Positions 10,568 through 31,996 of a stretch of DNA of 64,000 bases are shown here, one piece after another (within the stretch, counting starts at the first letter, position 1; every line of letters starts with the position of its first letter). The stretch is from Limisphaerales bacterium (GTDB lineage Bacteria > Verrucomicrobiota > Verrucomicrobiia > Limisphaerales > JAJOIW01). Location of the stretch: positions 32,001-96,000 of the forward strand of contig CBFHOE010000010.1 of the NCBI GenBank assembly GCA_965657355.1. The letters are read 5' to 3'. The translations under genes and the position numbers were made by a program. Under the pieces are notes generated by a model. That model searched no databases and was not told the origin of the DNA. It was given only the letters and a program-made list of their open reading frames with translations.

Positions 10568-10619
10568 GTAATAGTGATCCAATATCAATCCAGGCCAGAA
10601 CTTCACAATTGACCCCGTA

Positions 10620-10650
10620 GCCTTTTGAATCTGAAAAAGATAAAAAAGGC
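10620..10650. terminator. Hairpin between convergent hscB and DUF1501 genes
   Basis: GCCTTTT-GA-ATCT-GAAAA-AGAT-AA-AAAAGGC interrupted stem-loop. Confidence 0.35.
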
Positions 10651-10702
10651 CATTTATAACTCGCCCCTAGTAATTCAGCTCGTCTCGCTTTGCTCAATCT
10701 GA

Positions 10703-12157
10703 CTAAGCAAGAATGTCTTTGTGAATGAATGGATCACTCGAAGGCCCAATCAGCCTTTGGTTCAAGCCCTGAAATGGCACTGAGAATTTAAAAGGATCGA
10801 GGCCAAGTTGGTCTAAAATAGTGGCCTGAAGATCGTGCACGTGCATTTTATTTTTGGTGATGTTGTATCCTAATTCATCAGTCTCCCCGTATACATATCC
10901 TTTCTTAATTCCTGCGCCAGCCATCCAGATAGAGAAACAATTAGGGTGGTGATCTCTACCAAGCCATTTGACGCCTCCACGTGCTTCATTCATTGGAGTT
11001 CTGCCAAATTCTCCTCCCCATACGACCAGGGTTTCGTCTAACATTCCCCTCTGCTTGAGATCCTGAAGAAGGGCGGTCATTGGACGGTCAATGTCTCGGC
11101 ACTTATTAGGTAGCGCTGTATTGAGCGCATTGCCCTTTGAATTACCATGGATATCCCAACCCCAATCGAATAATTGAATAAATCGAACACCCTGTTCGGC
11201 AAGTTTACGTGCGAGAAGACAATTGTTTGCGAATGATGATTTCCCGGGCTGAGCTCCGTATGATTCCAATATGGACTGAGGTTCTTTGGAAATATCCATA
11301 ACCTCGGGCACGCTAATCTGCATTTTATAAGCCAGTTCATACTGACTGATTCTAGTCATTGTCTCAGGATCACCAGCCAAGTCATATTCCAATGCATTCA
11401 ATTTATTAAGCGCATCAATACTTCTTCTTCTTACCGACCTGTTCATCCCTTTTGGATTGGTAACGTAAAGAATGGGTTCTCCTGAAGTTCTGCACTGGAC
11501 CCCCTGGTAAACCGAAGGAAGGAATCCGCTGCTCCATAAACTCTTGCCACCACTCGGATCAGTTCCCCCGGAGCCCAACACGACGAAGCCAGGAAGATTC
11601 TCATTCTCTGAACCTAACCCATATGTGGCCCAGGAACCAAATGAAGCATTTCCGAACTGGGCGGACCCAGTGAACAATAGAAGCTCAGCTGGGGCGTGAT
11701 TAAACTGGTCAGTATGCATCGATTTAATGATGGTTACGTCGTCGACCACTGACTTGAAGTGCGGAAGCAACTCTGTGATCTTGGTATCGCTTTTCCCAGC
11801 CCTAACAAAATTCTGCTGACAGCCGAGTAGTTTCGGGTGGCCTTTGGTAAAAGCAAGTCGTACCCCCTTAAAGAATTCTTCCGGGCATGGCTGCATGTGA
11901 AGCTCTCTTAATTTCGGCTTATCATCGAAAATATCTATTTGAGGTGGAGCCCCAGACATGTGGAGGTATATAACACGCTTGGCTTTTGCTGGACCCATAG
12001 GAGCTTTAGAAAGCATTGCGTTCGCACCATCTGCCTGACTTGCTGATGCGTTAGTCCCAAGCAATTGTGAGAGTGCCATTCCACCAAGTCCGACTTGGCA
12101 GTTTTTCAAGAATTGCCTTCGAGTTTTAAAAAGTAAGGAAGATTGCTGTTTATTCAC
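10703..12157 (-). CDS. DUF1501 family protein (Tat-type signal)
   Basis: TRRQFLK; KAKRVIYLHMSGAPPQIDIFDDKP; WDIH; VVWGGEFGRTP; GRDHHP; HVHDLQATIL. Confidence 0.92.
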   Translation of the reverse strand: MNKQQSSLLFKTRRQFLKNCQVGLGGMALSQLLGTNASASQADGANAMLSKAPMGPAKAKRVIYLHMSGAPPQIDIFDDKPKLRELHMQPCPEEFFKGVRLAFTKGHPKLLGCQQNFVRAGKSDTKITELLPHFKSVVDDVTIIKSMHTDQFNHAPAELLLFTGSAQFGNASFGSWATYGLGSENENLPGFVVLGSGGTDPSGGKSLWSSGFLPSVYQGVQCRTSGEPILYVTNPKGMNRSVRRRSIDALNKLNALEYDLAGDPETMTRISQYELAYKMQISVPEVMDISKEPQSILESYGAQPGKSSFANNCLLARKLAEQGVRFIQLFDWGWDIHGNSKGNALNTALPNKCRDIDRPMTALLQDLKQRGMLDETLVVWGGEFGRTPMNEARGGVKWLGRDHHPNCFSIWMAGAGIKKGYVYGETDELGYNITKNKMHVHDLQATILDQLGLDPFKFSVPFQGLNQRLIGPSSDPFIHKDILA

Positions 12158-12160
12158 TTA

Positions 12161-15145
12161 TTACCCTTTCATTAAAAAGCCATCAAGATTGAGAATGACA
12201 TTGGCAACAACAACCCAAGCTGCTGACTCCTCTATGGGTATGTCATCACTGAAATGTTCTTTGAAGCGACCTAACATCTCTTTGGCCTGGTCCGGATGAT
12301 TCTTATAATGCTCCACCTCTGAAAGGTAGAGTTCTTCAAGGACTTTTATTTGTTCCGGGCTTGCAGGCCTGACCAGTGCTGTTTGCAAAGCAAATGTTAA
12401 AGCTTCATTAATGACTTTAAATTTCTTCTCCGCTATACGGAGAGCAAAGCCTTGTGACATTTCTACAAAGGCAGGATCATTCATGGTGACGAATGCTTGC
12501 AGCGGGGTATTGGTAGGAATCCTACGTATCGTGCACGTCTCCCTGCTGGGGGCATCGAAAGTCGCCATGGATGGGTATGGTATCGATCTCCTCAGAAATG
12601 TGTACAGACCTCTTCGATATCTGTCTTCATTTTCACTTGTCGCCCAATTCCTTTGCCCATTGAATGCAGCTCTCCAGAGACCATCTGGCTGTGGGGGGAA
12701 AACAGACGGCCCACGAAGTTTTTGACTCAGAAGTCCAGAAACGCTGAGCGACTGGTCTCGGACCAACTCCGCATCTAAACGAATACGAGACATGCGAGCT
12801 AGCAAAATATTGTTGGGATCTTTTTCAAGTTTCTCGGATTGAACAATACTGCTTTGTCTGTATGTCGCAGATGTCACGATAAGTTTGACAAGTTTTTTCA
12901 TGTCCCATTCGAGGTCATTTTGAAAAGTCGAAGCGAGCCAATCCAACAACTCAGGATGGGATGGCATCTTTCCTTGCGACCCAAAGTCTTCTTCAGTTTC
13001 CACGAGCCCTTTTCCAAATATTCTCGCCCAAAAGCGATTTACGGAAACTCTTGCGGTCAAAGGGTTTTGTTTGTCCATCAGCCATTTTGCTACACCCAAC
13101 CTATTTTTCGGGGCGCCTTCTGGTAGATTGTGAAACGCAGATGGAACACTGGCAGCGACCTTTTCACCTTGGTTCAAGAAGCTGCCTTTGACGAGAACAT
13201 GGGTGAGGCGCTTTTTGTCTGCGCTGCGCTCTTGCATGATCGGGGTCTTGATCACTCTATTTTCAATATCTCGCTTTTTATTGGAGGCATCTGCAAGTTG
13301 TTTCTTCAATACCCTTACCGTTGAGCTAGTATCAAGAAAGTGCTTTTCAATTTTTTTCTTTTCCTCATCGCTGAGCCCTTTTTCTTCTTTGCCGACAAGA
13401 GCAATAATTTCATCCGGGGCATTCTTGTCCTTAAGATTAAAATAAAACCCATATCCTCCGGACCCGTTAGCCACTTTTATCAAAAGTTTATTTTCGCCTT
13501 TATTAAGCTCAAGCCCGAGAATTTCTTGGTCCTTTGCAACTCCACGACTCACTTTGTTATCGAGGATTTTTTTTCCATTTAAAAAAACTTGAATACTGTC
13601 GTCGCTTCCCAATGAAACATAGCGGTGCGTGGCATTTTCAACAGTAATAGTGCGGTATAGATAAGTCGCTGAATTATCACCTTCCAAGGAAGTAATAACA
13701 CCATCTTTCCATTCAGGCTTTTCTGCCCATCGTAGTTTTTTATCCCCGCTCTCCACGTCCTTCTCGAAGTCTATAGAAGAAAATTTCACGAACTCCTTGC
13801 TATGGGCTTCATCAAAACTTTTTGCTTTGAATGGCCCAATTGACATCCAAGAACTCAAGACGAGGGAATTATTGGGTTGAGGTTCCTGCAATTTCGTTTT
13901 CCATTCCTCATACTCTTTTTTCAAATCTCCGTTAATTGTCGTCGTCGCTGGATTTAATCTGTCTATCTCTGATTGAAGCTCGGCTATTTTTAATTCTTGC
14001 TGACGGGTTGGTGTAGAAAGCTTTGGAAATTCATCACCTCTATCAGAATCAGCGGTCTGATTGAAGAAATCATAAAACTCATAGTATTCCTTGATGCTAA
14101 TCGGGTCATACTTATGAGTATGACACTTGGCGCACCCCATAGTTAATCCCATCCATACCTGAACAGTCGTGTCGACGCGGTCACGAACAGCTTCTGTTCG
14201 AAACTCTTCATCATCCGTGCCTCCCTCAGTATTTGTCTTTGTATTCCTGTGGAAGGCAGTAGCTAGGAGTTGATCCTTTGTTGGATTTTCAAACAAGTCA
14301 CCTGCAATTTGCTCGTAAGTAAATTGCTCATAGGAAAGATTTTTATTCCAGGCATCTATCACCCAGTCTCTGTATTTCCAAATCGTTCTCAATGGATCAG
14401 ATCCGTATCCAGCCGAATCAGCATACCGAGCAAGGTCCAACCACATGGACGCCCACTTTTCGCCATAAGCTGGATTATCCAACAACTTATCCACAAGTTT
14501 TTCATATGTCTCTGGATCTTCATTATTGGCAAATTCCTGAGCTTCCTTCCATGTGGGGGGAAGTCCGGTTAAATCGAGATAGAGACGCCTCACTAGAGTG
14601 TAAGGGTCGGCCTGTAGGCTCGGCTCAAACCCGGCATTCTCTATTCCATCCAGCGTAAAGTAATCTATTCCATTGATGGGCCATGCCGTGTTTTGAACCG
14701 TCGGGTAATCTGGTTTTGAGAGAGGGTTGAAGCTCCAATGCCTTTCATAATTGGCACCCTGCTCAATCCATTTCTCGAGTATATCTGCCTGCTCCGGAGT
14801 GATGGCATGGCCAGTTTCCGGGGGCGGCATCACTTCATCCGGATCTTTGGAGCGTATCCGCTCCATAATGATGCTCGCTTGTGGGTTGCCGGGCGCAATA
14901 GCCTTAAATCCATCAATTTCGCGCGTGGCTTCTTCAAATAAATCTAAACGTAAATCCGCCTTCAGGGACGACTCATCCGGCCCATGACAAGAATAACAAT
15001 TGGAAGCAAGAATGGGGCGTATGTGCTTGTTGAAAGACAAATTCCCCGAACCAACATTTGAGGCCCACAAACCCGGAATGATGACGAGCCCAGCCAGGAA
15101 AAGTATGAGAACCCCTTGAATTCGCTTTGATCTGTGGTGTATCAC
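12161..15145 (-). CDS. Planctomycete-type cytochrome c + DUF1549 + DUF1553 (PSD1-type) exported protein
   Basis: Signal peptide; FNKHIRPILASNCYSCHGPD; HWSF; RRLYLDLTGLPPT; CAKCHTHKYDP; NPLTARVSVNRFW; TNTPLQAF; ILNLDGFLMKG. Confidence 0.92.
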   Translation of the reverse strand: MIHHRSKRIQGVLILFLAGLVIIPGLWASNVGSGNLSFNKHIRPILASNCYSCHGPDESSLKADLRLDLFEEATREIDGFKAIAPGNPQASIIMERIRSKDPDEVMPPPETGHAITPEQADILEKWIEQGANYERHWSFNPLSKPDYPTVQNTAWPINGIDYFTLDGIENAGFEPSLQADPYTLVRRLYLDLTGLPPTWKEAQEFANNEDPETYEKLVDKLLDNPAYGEKWASMWLDLARYADSAGYGSDPLRTIWKYRDWVIDAWNKNLSYEQFTYEQIAGDLFENPTKDQLLATAFHRNTKTNTEGGTDDEEFRTEAVRDRVDTTVQVWMGLTMGCAKCHTHKYDPISIKEYYEFYDFFNQTADSDRGDEFPKLSTPTRQQELKIAELQSEIDRLNPATTTINGDLKKEYEEWKTKLQEPQPNNSLVLSSWMSIGPFKAKSFDEAHSKEFVKFSSIDFEKDVESGDKKLRWAEKPEWKDGVITSLEGDNSATYLYRTITVENATHRYVSLGSDDSIQVFLNGKKILDNKVSRGVAKDQEILGLELNKGENKLLIKVANGSGGYGFYFNLKDKNAPDEIIALVGKEEKGLSDEEKKKIEKHFLDTSSTVRVLKKQLADASNKKRDIENRVIKTPIMQERSADKKRLTHVLVKGSFLNQGEKVAASVPSAFHNLPEGAPKNRLGVAKWLMDKQNPLTARVSVNRFWARIFGKGLVETEEDFGSQGKMPSHPELLDWLASTFQNDLEWDMKKLVKLIVTSATYRQSSIVQSEKLEKDPNNILLARMSRIRLDAELVRDQSLSVSGLLSQKLRGPSVFPPQPDGLWRAAFNGQRNWATSENEDRYRRGLYTFLRRSIPYPSMATFDAPSRETCTIRRIPTNTPLQAFVTMNDPAFVEMSQGFALRIAEKKFKVINEALTFALQTALVRPASPEQIKVLEELYLSEVEHYKNHPDQAKEMLGRFKEHFSDDIPIEESAAWVVVANVILNLDGFLMKG

Positions 15146-15151
15146 AAGAAC

Positions 15152-15179
15152 ATTATAGCAAATTAACTCATTTGAGCAA
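15152..15179 (-). promoter_or_regulatory. Putative sigma70 promoter (extended -10, leaderless)
   Basis: Minus strand TTGCTC-N16-TATAAT with TGn before the -10; 6 nt to the GTG at 15145. Confidence 0.55.
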
Positions 15180-15237
15180 TCCCCAGGAGCAGGATGGATT
15201 TTGGAATCCAGATATGGCTTTCGGTCAGAAAAGGAGG

Positions 15238-17097
15238 TTAATTTGCCATCAATCTGAAAAATTCGGTTCGTTCGGAAAATGGAAGTTTAACGACATAGAG
15301 TCCACCAATTTCCGTGGGCTGTAGATCCAGCCTTGACCAATTTGCCCCGATGGAGCCAATCGATTCTATCGAATACACCGTATTTCTCACCGGCCAGCTC
15401 AATTCCAATGAATCCCCGGACCTACGAACCTCTAACCTGACATCAGGCTCAGGGCCGTCCGCCATTCTGACTTGCGCGGTCGAAGAGGTCACCACGAGGC
15501 CTGATGATGTCATGACCACATAATATTGACCGACAATCTCCTCACTGGGACCACTCAGCCTCAAGGTTGATGAATTACTATTGGGTATCTCATTCCCATC
15601 TTGAAACCACTTATACCGGATACTCGATGGGCTCGTTACAACCACTTGTAAGGTCACCGGCTCGCCTTCCGAAACAGCTTTGTCTGATGGTTGCTCCAAT
15701 ATTGTTAACTCAGGAGCAGAGACAACTAAAACAGCTGGTTCGGTGGTCACCGCTGACTCATCATTATTTGCAGCAAGTGCATATTCTCCTGAATCGTCTG
15801 TGGTCAAATCACTCAGCGTCAAAACCGCCGAAGTAGCCCCGGGAATGGGTTCCCCATTTTTCAACCACTGATAGTCGATTTCCAAAGAGCCAATAATACT
15901 AGCGCTGAATGTGTGACTCTGCCCCAGGAGAGCGATGTGACTTTGAGGAGGGCTCTGTACTTTTAATGGACCTGTGATGGGGACAAGCAGACCAGGAAGT
16001 GAGTCTACCTGGTCGAGTGAATTTGAGACAGTAACACGGTACTGACCTGCATCTAGCTCGGATACAGGTGAGATAACCAATAAATTATCATTTGCACCAG
16101 GGATTGCCACTCCATCTTTATACCATTGGTAGCTCAATTTTTTCTCAGATTCAGCTTGAACATTAAATTCTGCTGTTCCACCCATGAGAACTTCATACGA
16201 TGCTGGATTTCTGATGATATCAATGCTCTGTCTGTCCAGGGAGAAGGTAATTGGGTCAGATTCAATAATAGTATCCAATGTCGAAATCTGGACGTAATAT
16301 TCTCCTTCATCAGCTGCTGAAAAATCGTATATATCGTAAGATGGAATATTCGAAGGAATGGATATCGGCTCCCCATTTTTAAACCATTTGTATTCAGGTA
16401 TGACGCCATCATCGGATTCGATGACGACCCACAACCCAGCTCGGACGCCAGATTTGAAAGACTGGCTTGCTGCCATATTAACTATTCGTATAGCACCTGG
16501 AAGAACGCTTAAGACGGCTGTGTTACTTGTGACTGTTCCCGAGGGAGTGCTGATTTCCACTTTGTAATCTCCAGCATGACTCATTTTCACCGGGCTAAAG
16601 ACGAGCTCAGTAGAGTTCGAGTCGGGAACCGGAACCCCATTGTGATACCAGACATATCGATAGGCATCGCCTCCATCAACGACAACACTGAGAGAAGTCA
16701 CTATTCCCTCCTCGACGCTTAGGCTCTGCGGCTGCTCAGTAATAGTGAGGTCTGGTGCTGGTGAAACCCGAATCACGACTGGATGACTTTTTGTCTCCCC
16801 TACAGCGTCAGCGGCCAAGACGTAATAAATCCCAAAATCTGTCATTTTAATCGAGCTGAATAAAAGCGACGATCCCACAGCACCGGCAATAGCCACGTCA
16901 TTTTTATACCATTGGTAGGTCACACCATCTTGGATTTCTACCTCAACTGCTAAGGTAACATCTGTTCCTTCACTAACGACAACCGGCGCTGTAGGCTGAG
17001 AGATGATAACCGGCTGGCCCACAATCTCACGCATTCCTGTAAACAACACCACTGTAGCAATAGTATATAAAACTATCTTTCTCATCATTCCTTTCAT
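15238..17097 (-). CDS. Secreted protein with six tandem immunoglobulin-like domains and a C-terminal FFRL-type domain
   Basis: Signal peptide; six units of I..QP....V.EG..V.L.V....Y.W.KNG..IPG.....L......D.G.Y.V; tail LELSWP...W...EFFRL. Confidence 0.85.
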   Translation of the reverse strand: MKGMMRKIVLYTIATVVLFTGMREIVGQPVIISQPTAPVVVSEGTDVTLAVEVEIQDGVTYQWYKNDVAIAGAVGSSLLFSSIKMTDFGIYYVLAADAVGETKSHPVVIRVSPAPDLTITEQPQSLSVEEGIVTSLSVVVDGGDAYRYVWYHNGVPVPDSNSTELVFSPVKMSHAGDYKVEISTPSGTVTSNTAVLSVLPGAIRIVNMAASQSFKSGVRAGLWVVIESDDGVIPEYKWFKNGEPISIPSNIPSYDIYDFSAADEGEYYVQISTLDTIIESDPITFSLDRQSIDIIRNPASYEVLMGGTAEFNVQAESEKKLSYQWYKDGVAIPGANDNLLVISPVSELDAGQYRVTVSNSLDQVDSLPGLLVPITGPLKVQSPPQSHIALLGQSHTFSASIIGSLEIDYQWLKNGEPIPGATSAVLTLSDLTTDDSGEYALAANNDESAVTTEPAVLVVSAPELTILEQPSDKAVSEGEPVTLQVVVTSPSSIRYKWFQDGNEIPNSNSSTLRLSGPSEEIVGQYYVVMTSSGLVVTSSTAQVRMADGPEPDVRLEVRRSGDSLELSWPVRNTVYSIESIGSIGANWSRLDLQPTEIGGLYVVKLPFSERTEFFRLMAN

Positions 17098-17102
17098 TCC
17101 TT

Positions 17103-28409
<11,307 letters not shown>

Positions 28410-28511
28410 TCTTGGGTTTTGCTAATGTTTCTCTAAACGCACACGTTTAATGGAATCGACCTATAAGTGGCGCCACGAGCACGTTTATGATGGAACCATA
28501 TAGAAATATAT

Positions 28512-28538
28512 TTATCGGGTGTTCCCCCTTTTTTTTAA
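28512..28538 (-). promoter_or_regulatory. Putative sigma28 (FliA/WhiG)-type promoter upstream of the giant surface protein gene
   Basis: Minus strand TAAA-N14-CCCGATAA versus the consensus TAAA-N15-GCCGATAA; about 100 nt upstream of the start codon. Confidence 0.4.
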
Positions 28539-28819
28539 GCTTTTGTCTACTATTAAGACTTTAACGAGTGTTCTTTCCCCGCTGGGTTGGAGAAAGATTT
28601 TGTGAGAGTGCAAAAAGCAAAAATAAGCCTGGTAAAACTCTCCATACTAAAGAATAGAGCTCCATTACATCTTTTTTACTTTGTTCAATTTGGATTGCCG
28701 TACAAAGGGGCGATTTGCGTTATCAGATCTCCATTCTCAGACATAAATACTTTATGTCGGGAATGATAAATGAAGGACAAAAGAGGTGTTTAGAATTCTT
28801 CAGCGTTTTTTATCGAACG

Positions 28820-29125
28820 GGTATTTTTCAGCTATATCGATTACAACTTAATGAAGGCGAGATAGTTAAGACTGAAAGAATAAATGTATCGCCGGCATTG
28901 GGAGCATTGGCAATTGACGTTCGAAGCGGCAAATAAAATTGATTTTTGGCTCACTGACCCAATGACGATTATGATTAAAATCAGTGGATTTGGCCGGGAA
29001 ATCTCCGAAGTTAGGTAAAAGTGCTGATGGGATAAAAGCCATGGATTATAACCGGCTGATCAATCATTTCTCCCGAGGTGCTTATAAAAGATTTTATTTG
29101 GAGCTGAAGAGAAATGCCCAGTGAT
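28820..29125 (+). pseudogene. Possible decayed beta-propeller gene fragment
   Basis: IFQLYRLQLNEGEIVKTERINVSPALGALAIDVRSGK continues after a frameshift as KLIFGSLTQ*RL*LKSVDLAGKSPKL..IKAMDYN, which resembles blade motifs; weak evidence. Confidence 0.2.
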
Positions 29126-29264
29126 AAGGGAATGATGATTGCATTGCCTGCCCCTCAATCCGTACCAAATAATATATTTGTAAACATTTGCCTTAAATGT
29201 GGACAAATACATGTCGATAAGAGAATTGAACGGAAGCAATTTCAATTCTTAATGCATTGAATCA

Positions 29265-29468
29265 GTGAGAAAAATTAGCATTCAAATAATTTTACATTAC
29301 TTGCTAGCTGGAGTGTCCGCTATCGCACTGATTGCTGCTGGAATCGGATTTGCCCATTTATACAAGGAGGGAAAGACCCGAGACGCTAGCAATAAAGCAG
29401 CATTTGAGGAAGAGATCTACCTCGCCAAGGAAGAAGACTTAGAAGAGGCTGAAAAATCCGAGAAATAG
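29265..29468 (+). CDS. Small single-pass membrane protein, unknown function
   Basis: GTG start, one hydrophobic helix, then a charged E/K-rich tail; no competing ORF; followed by a hairpin. Confidence 0.6.
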   Translation: MRKISIQIILHYLLAGVSAIALIAAGIGFAHLYKEGKTRDASNKAAFEEEIYLAKEEDLEEAEKSEK

Positions 29469-29490
29469 GCCTAATGCCTTTCAGAAGAAT

Positions 29491-29513
29491 CATACCGGCA
29501 CGGCTGCCGTATG
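29491..29513. terminator. GC-rich hairpin between convergent genes
   Basis: CATA-C-CGGCA-CGGC-TGCCG-TATG stem-loop; no clear U tract. Confidence 0.35.
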
Positions 29514-29526
29514 CCCGCACCCCAAT

Positions 29527-30264
29527 TTAAAATGTATATGAGACTCCAGTAATAAGCCTGAGGTCATTACTATTTCGACCCAAAGCAGGCTGGTTATCAT
29601 AATTATCTTGAATAACAGCTCTCAAAGAAAGGTTATCTGTAATTTTAGACTCGATACCGACCTCCATCAGCAATAGAAAATTTTCAAAATCGTCGATTTG
29701 AGGTAAAAATTCTGCTGATTGCCAAAAGTTTGCCCTTTCGTTTATTTTCCGAGTATAATTTTCAGCAATTCGTATGCTCGCATAGTTATCCGTGACACCA
29801 CCTTGTTCCTCGTAAACATAATTTCCACCAGCCTGAATAGTCAGTGTTGCGTCATCATTTTTAAGAAAATAGTAACCAACACCAGGACCAAGAATGAGTC
29901 GGATATTAACATCCGCAATATCGTCGTGAAGTGCATCTAAACGGACATATCCAAATAGCCTATCATTGACGAGCCTATTATATTGCCCAAATCCCCTTAG
30001 AAACTGAGTATTAATACTACCACCGTCTTCACCATAGGTAGCTGTTCCACCAAGGCTTACTTCATTTTTGGAGCCCTTGCGATCAGCCTGAAAATTAGCA
30101 GTGGCCAACAATGTTTCGCTGTTACCCCGGGTTAAGGTTAGGCCAAAAGAAGCCGTTTTATCCCATTTAATTTTTTGCTCTTCTTGAGCAAATATACCTG
30201 TAGAAATAAATCCTAGAATAATGAAAGCTATGAATATTTTTTTCATAAATGTCTGGTTTAACAT
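29527..30264 (-). CDS. DUF481 (YdiY-like) outer-membrane beta-barrel protein
   Basis: Signal peptide; W...ASFGLTLTRGNSET; GPGVGYYF; amphipathic strands; C-terminal LITGVSYTF with terminal Phe. Confidence 0.85.
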   Translation of the reverse strand: MLNQTFMKKIFIAFIILGFISTGIFAQEEQKIKWDKTASFGLTLTRGNSETLLATANFQADRKGSKNEVSLGGTATYGEDGGSINTQFLRGFGQYNRLVNDRLFGYVRLDALHDDIADVNIRLILGPGVGYYFLKNDDATLTIQAGGNYVYEEQGGVTDNYASIRIAENYTRKINERANFWQSAEFLPQIDDFENFLLLMEVGIESKITDNLSLRAVIQDNYDNQPALGRNSNDLRLITGVSYTF

Positions 30265-30406
30265 GATATTTACTGCGTAAGCAGCTATTTCACTCCATAA
30301 CCTTTGTCCTAATAAATAAAAATAGGTTTACTGGATGGTGACGGAATAATGTAAAATATTATTTCTAAATCCCCAGGGGGCAAGAGAATTTGGTTGTTAT
30401 GGGGAA

Positions 30407-31996
30407 TCAATATTGATAGGTCGGTTCGACCTCCGTTGTCGGCCGGGGGAATTGGTCACTACTCATTCTTACAGTAAACCTCACGTCGCCTTTGCTCAAG
30501 GCCTTCACAGAGACTTTCCAACTCACGCTTTTTTTCGGATCGATCCTTACAAGGGGTTGCATGATGATTTCCTGGTAAGTTATACCGTTAATCTGTTTTT
30601 TTTCGCCGAGTTTGGCTGCGCTTTCTCCAAAAGTAGAAACATATTCTTGGGTTTCCTCCAATTCACAAACAACAATAACGTTTGAAGCAGTGGAAGTACC
30701 TTGGTTAGTCACTGTGATTTCGTAAATGAATTCTTCATTCACAGGCACAGGATCTTTTAAATCCTTAACCTCAAGGGCAATTGCAGGGATTCCGGTAAAT
30801 TTAACGGAAGATGAAGAGGATTCGGCGATACCCCCGGGGATACTAATACTGCTCTTAAATTGATATTCCCCAGGAACATCAGACTTCACGTTAATTGAAA
30901 GATCAGTGGAGTCCCCAGACGGCAAATTAACAAGATCCCACTGAATGTTTGAGCCAACTTTTCTTCCTCCATTGTTGATCGCCAGGATGGTTATGTCATT
31001 GGGGATACCAAGTTGAACGGTAGCATTTCTGGCAGGAGCATTGCCGGTATTGAAAACAACTAAATTTACGAGAACCTCTTTGCCGATAAACCTTTGAGAA
31101 GGAGATTCAGATCTGATTTGAAGTCGAGGGGCTCTGACTTCAGTGATCATTTGAGCATTACTTGCCGCTCCCTGTTCGGAAATGGCTTTAAGGTCCAGTT
31201 GATAAATCCCGGCGGCTTGAGGCAGCAGTTCGAACGAGAACTTCATTTCAGCCCCGGGAGAAAGGAAGTTTTGTTTGAATTCTATCTTTTTTTCTCCTGA
31301 GAGACTTTTAAGATTTTCCGGAACGAGACCAGAGACGAAAAGTCCTGAAAGGCTGCTGGATCCTGTATTTTTGACTTTGACTTCATATCGAATTGGCTGG
31401 GTGTGAATACTGACCTGAGGAGCAACAACTGATAGCTCTAGATCTGCTCGGGTTGCTTTAATTGTATCAAACATGACAGTTTGAAAAGTTGCCCAACCCC
31501 TTGTCGTGATCTCCCCTTCGGTGACGGCTTTACCTTTTATTTGAATGACTTTTGATTCCCTCGGCCCCAGGTTTCCAATTTTCCAGGTGGAAACGGATAG
31601 ATCAGAAATTATGGGCTTTATTGGAGATGAAACAGTAACTTCAAAGTTACTGGAAGTCTTGTCATGGATCGCGACATTAATTAAATGATGGGGTGTCAAA
31701 TTTTGCACTCGATATTCATAGGTGAATTCAGAATTAAGAGTGACTTCCTGTGGAAGTATTTTTTCAAGAAGCAACCCACTGCTTTCCACTTTTCCCGTTG
31801 GAATGGGAACAGAATTCCGGACAAAAGTTACGCCATCGCGGACTATTGTTTCTGTAGTAACAATGGGATCCATTGCTGGACTAATGATTGGATTTCGAAC
31901 CTCTACTTGCCCACTGCCTGATATCGCAAATAATAACAAGAAATGAAAAAGAAGAGTTCGAATACAGATATACCCAATTTTATTGTATCGTCTCAT
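30407..31996 (-). CDS. DUF11-repeat exported protein resembling chlamydial OmcB
   Basis: Repeated Y...V.N.G...A.NV units. The C-terminus (DLKDPVPVNEEFIYEITVTNQG...VKALSKGDVRF...SSDQFPRP..EVEPTYQY) resembles the OmcB C-terminus. Confidence 0.75.
   Translation of the reverse strand: MRRYNKIGYICIRTLLFHFLLLFAISGSGQVEVRNPIISPAMDPIVTTETIVRDGVTFVRNSVPIPTGKVESSGLLLEKILPQEVTLNSEFTYEYRVQNLTPHHLINVAIHDKTSSNFEVTVSSPIKPIISDLSVSTWKIGNLGPRESKVIQIKGKAVTEGEITTRGWATFQTVMFDTIKATRADLELSVVAPQVSIHTQPIRYEVKVKNTGSSSLSGLFVSGLVPENLKSLSGEKKIEFKQNFLSPGAEMKFSFELLPQAAGIYQLDLKAISEQGAASNAQMITEVRAPRLQIRSESPSQRFIGKEVLVNLVVFNTGNAPARNATVQLGIPNDITILAINNGGRKVGSNIQWDLVNLPSGDSTDLSINVKSDVPGEYQFKSSISIPGGIAESSSSSVKFTGIPAIALEVKDLKDPVPVNEEFIYEITVTNQGTSTASNVIVVCELEETQEYVSTFGESAAKLGEKKQINGITYQEIIMQPLVRIDPKKSVSWKVSVKALSKGDVRFTVRMSSDQFPRPTTEVEPTYQY

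Noticed and set aside
28410..28700. c-di-GMP or other riboswitch upstream of the giant adhesin gene
   Set aside because: No c-di-GMP-I-type GGCAAAC..GAAA..GACGCAAA pattern is visible. The imperfect hairpin near 28572-28597 is too weak. An Rfam scan would be decisive.
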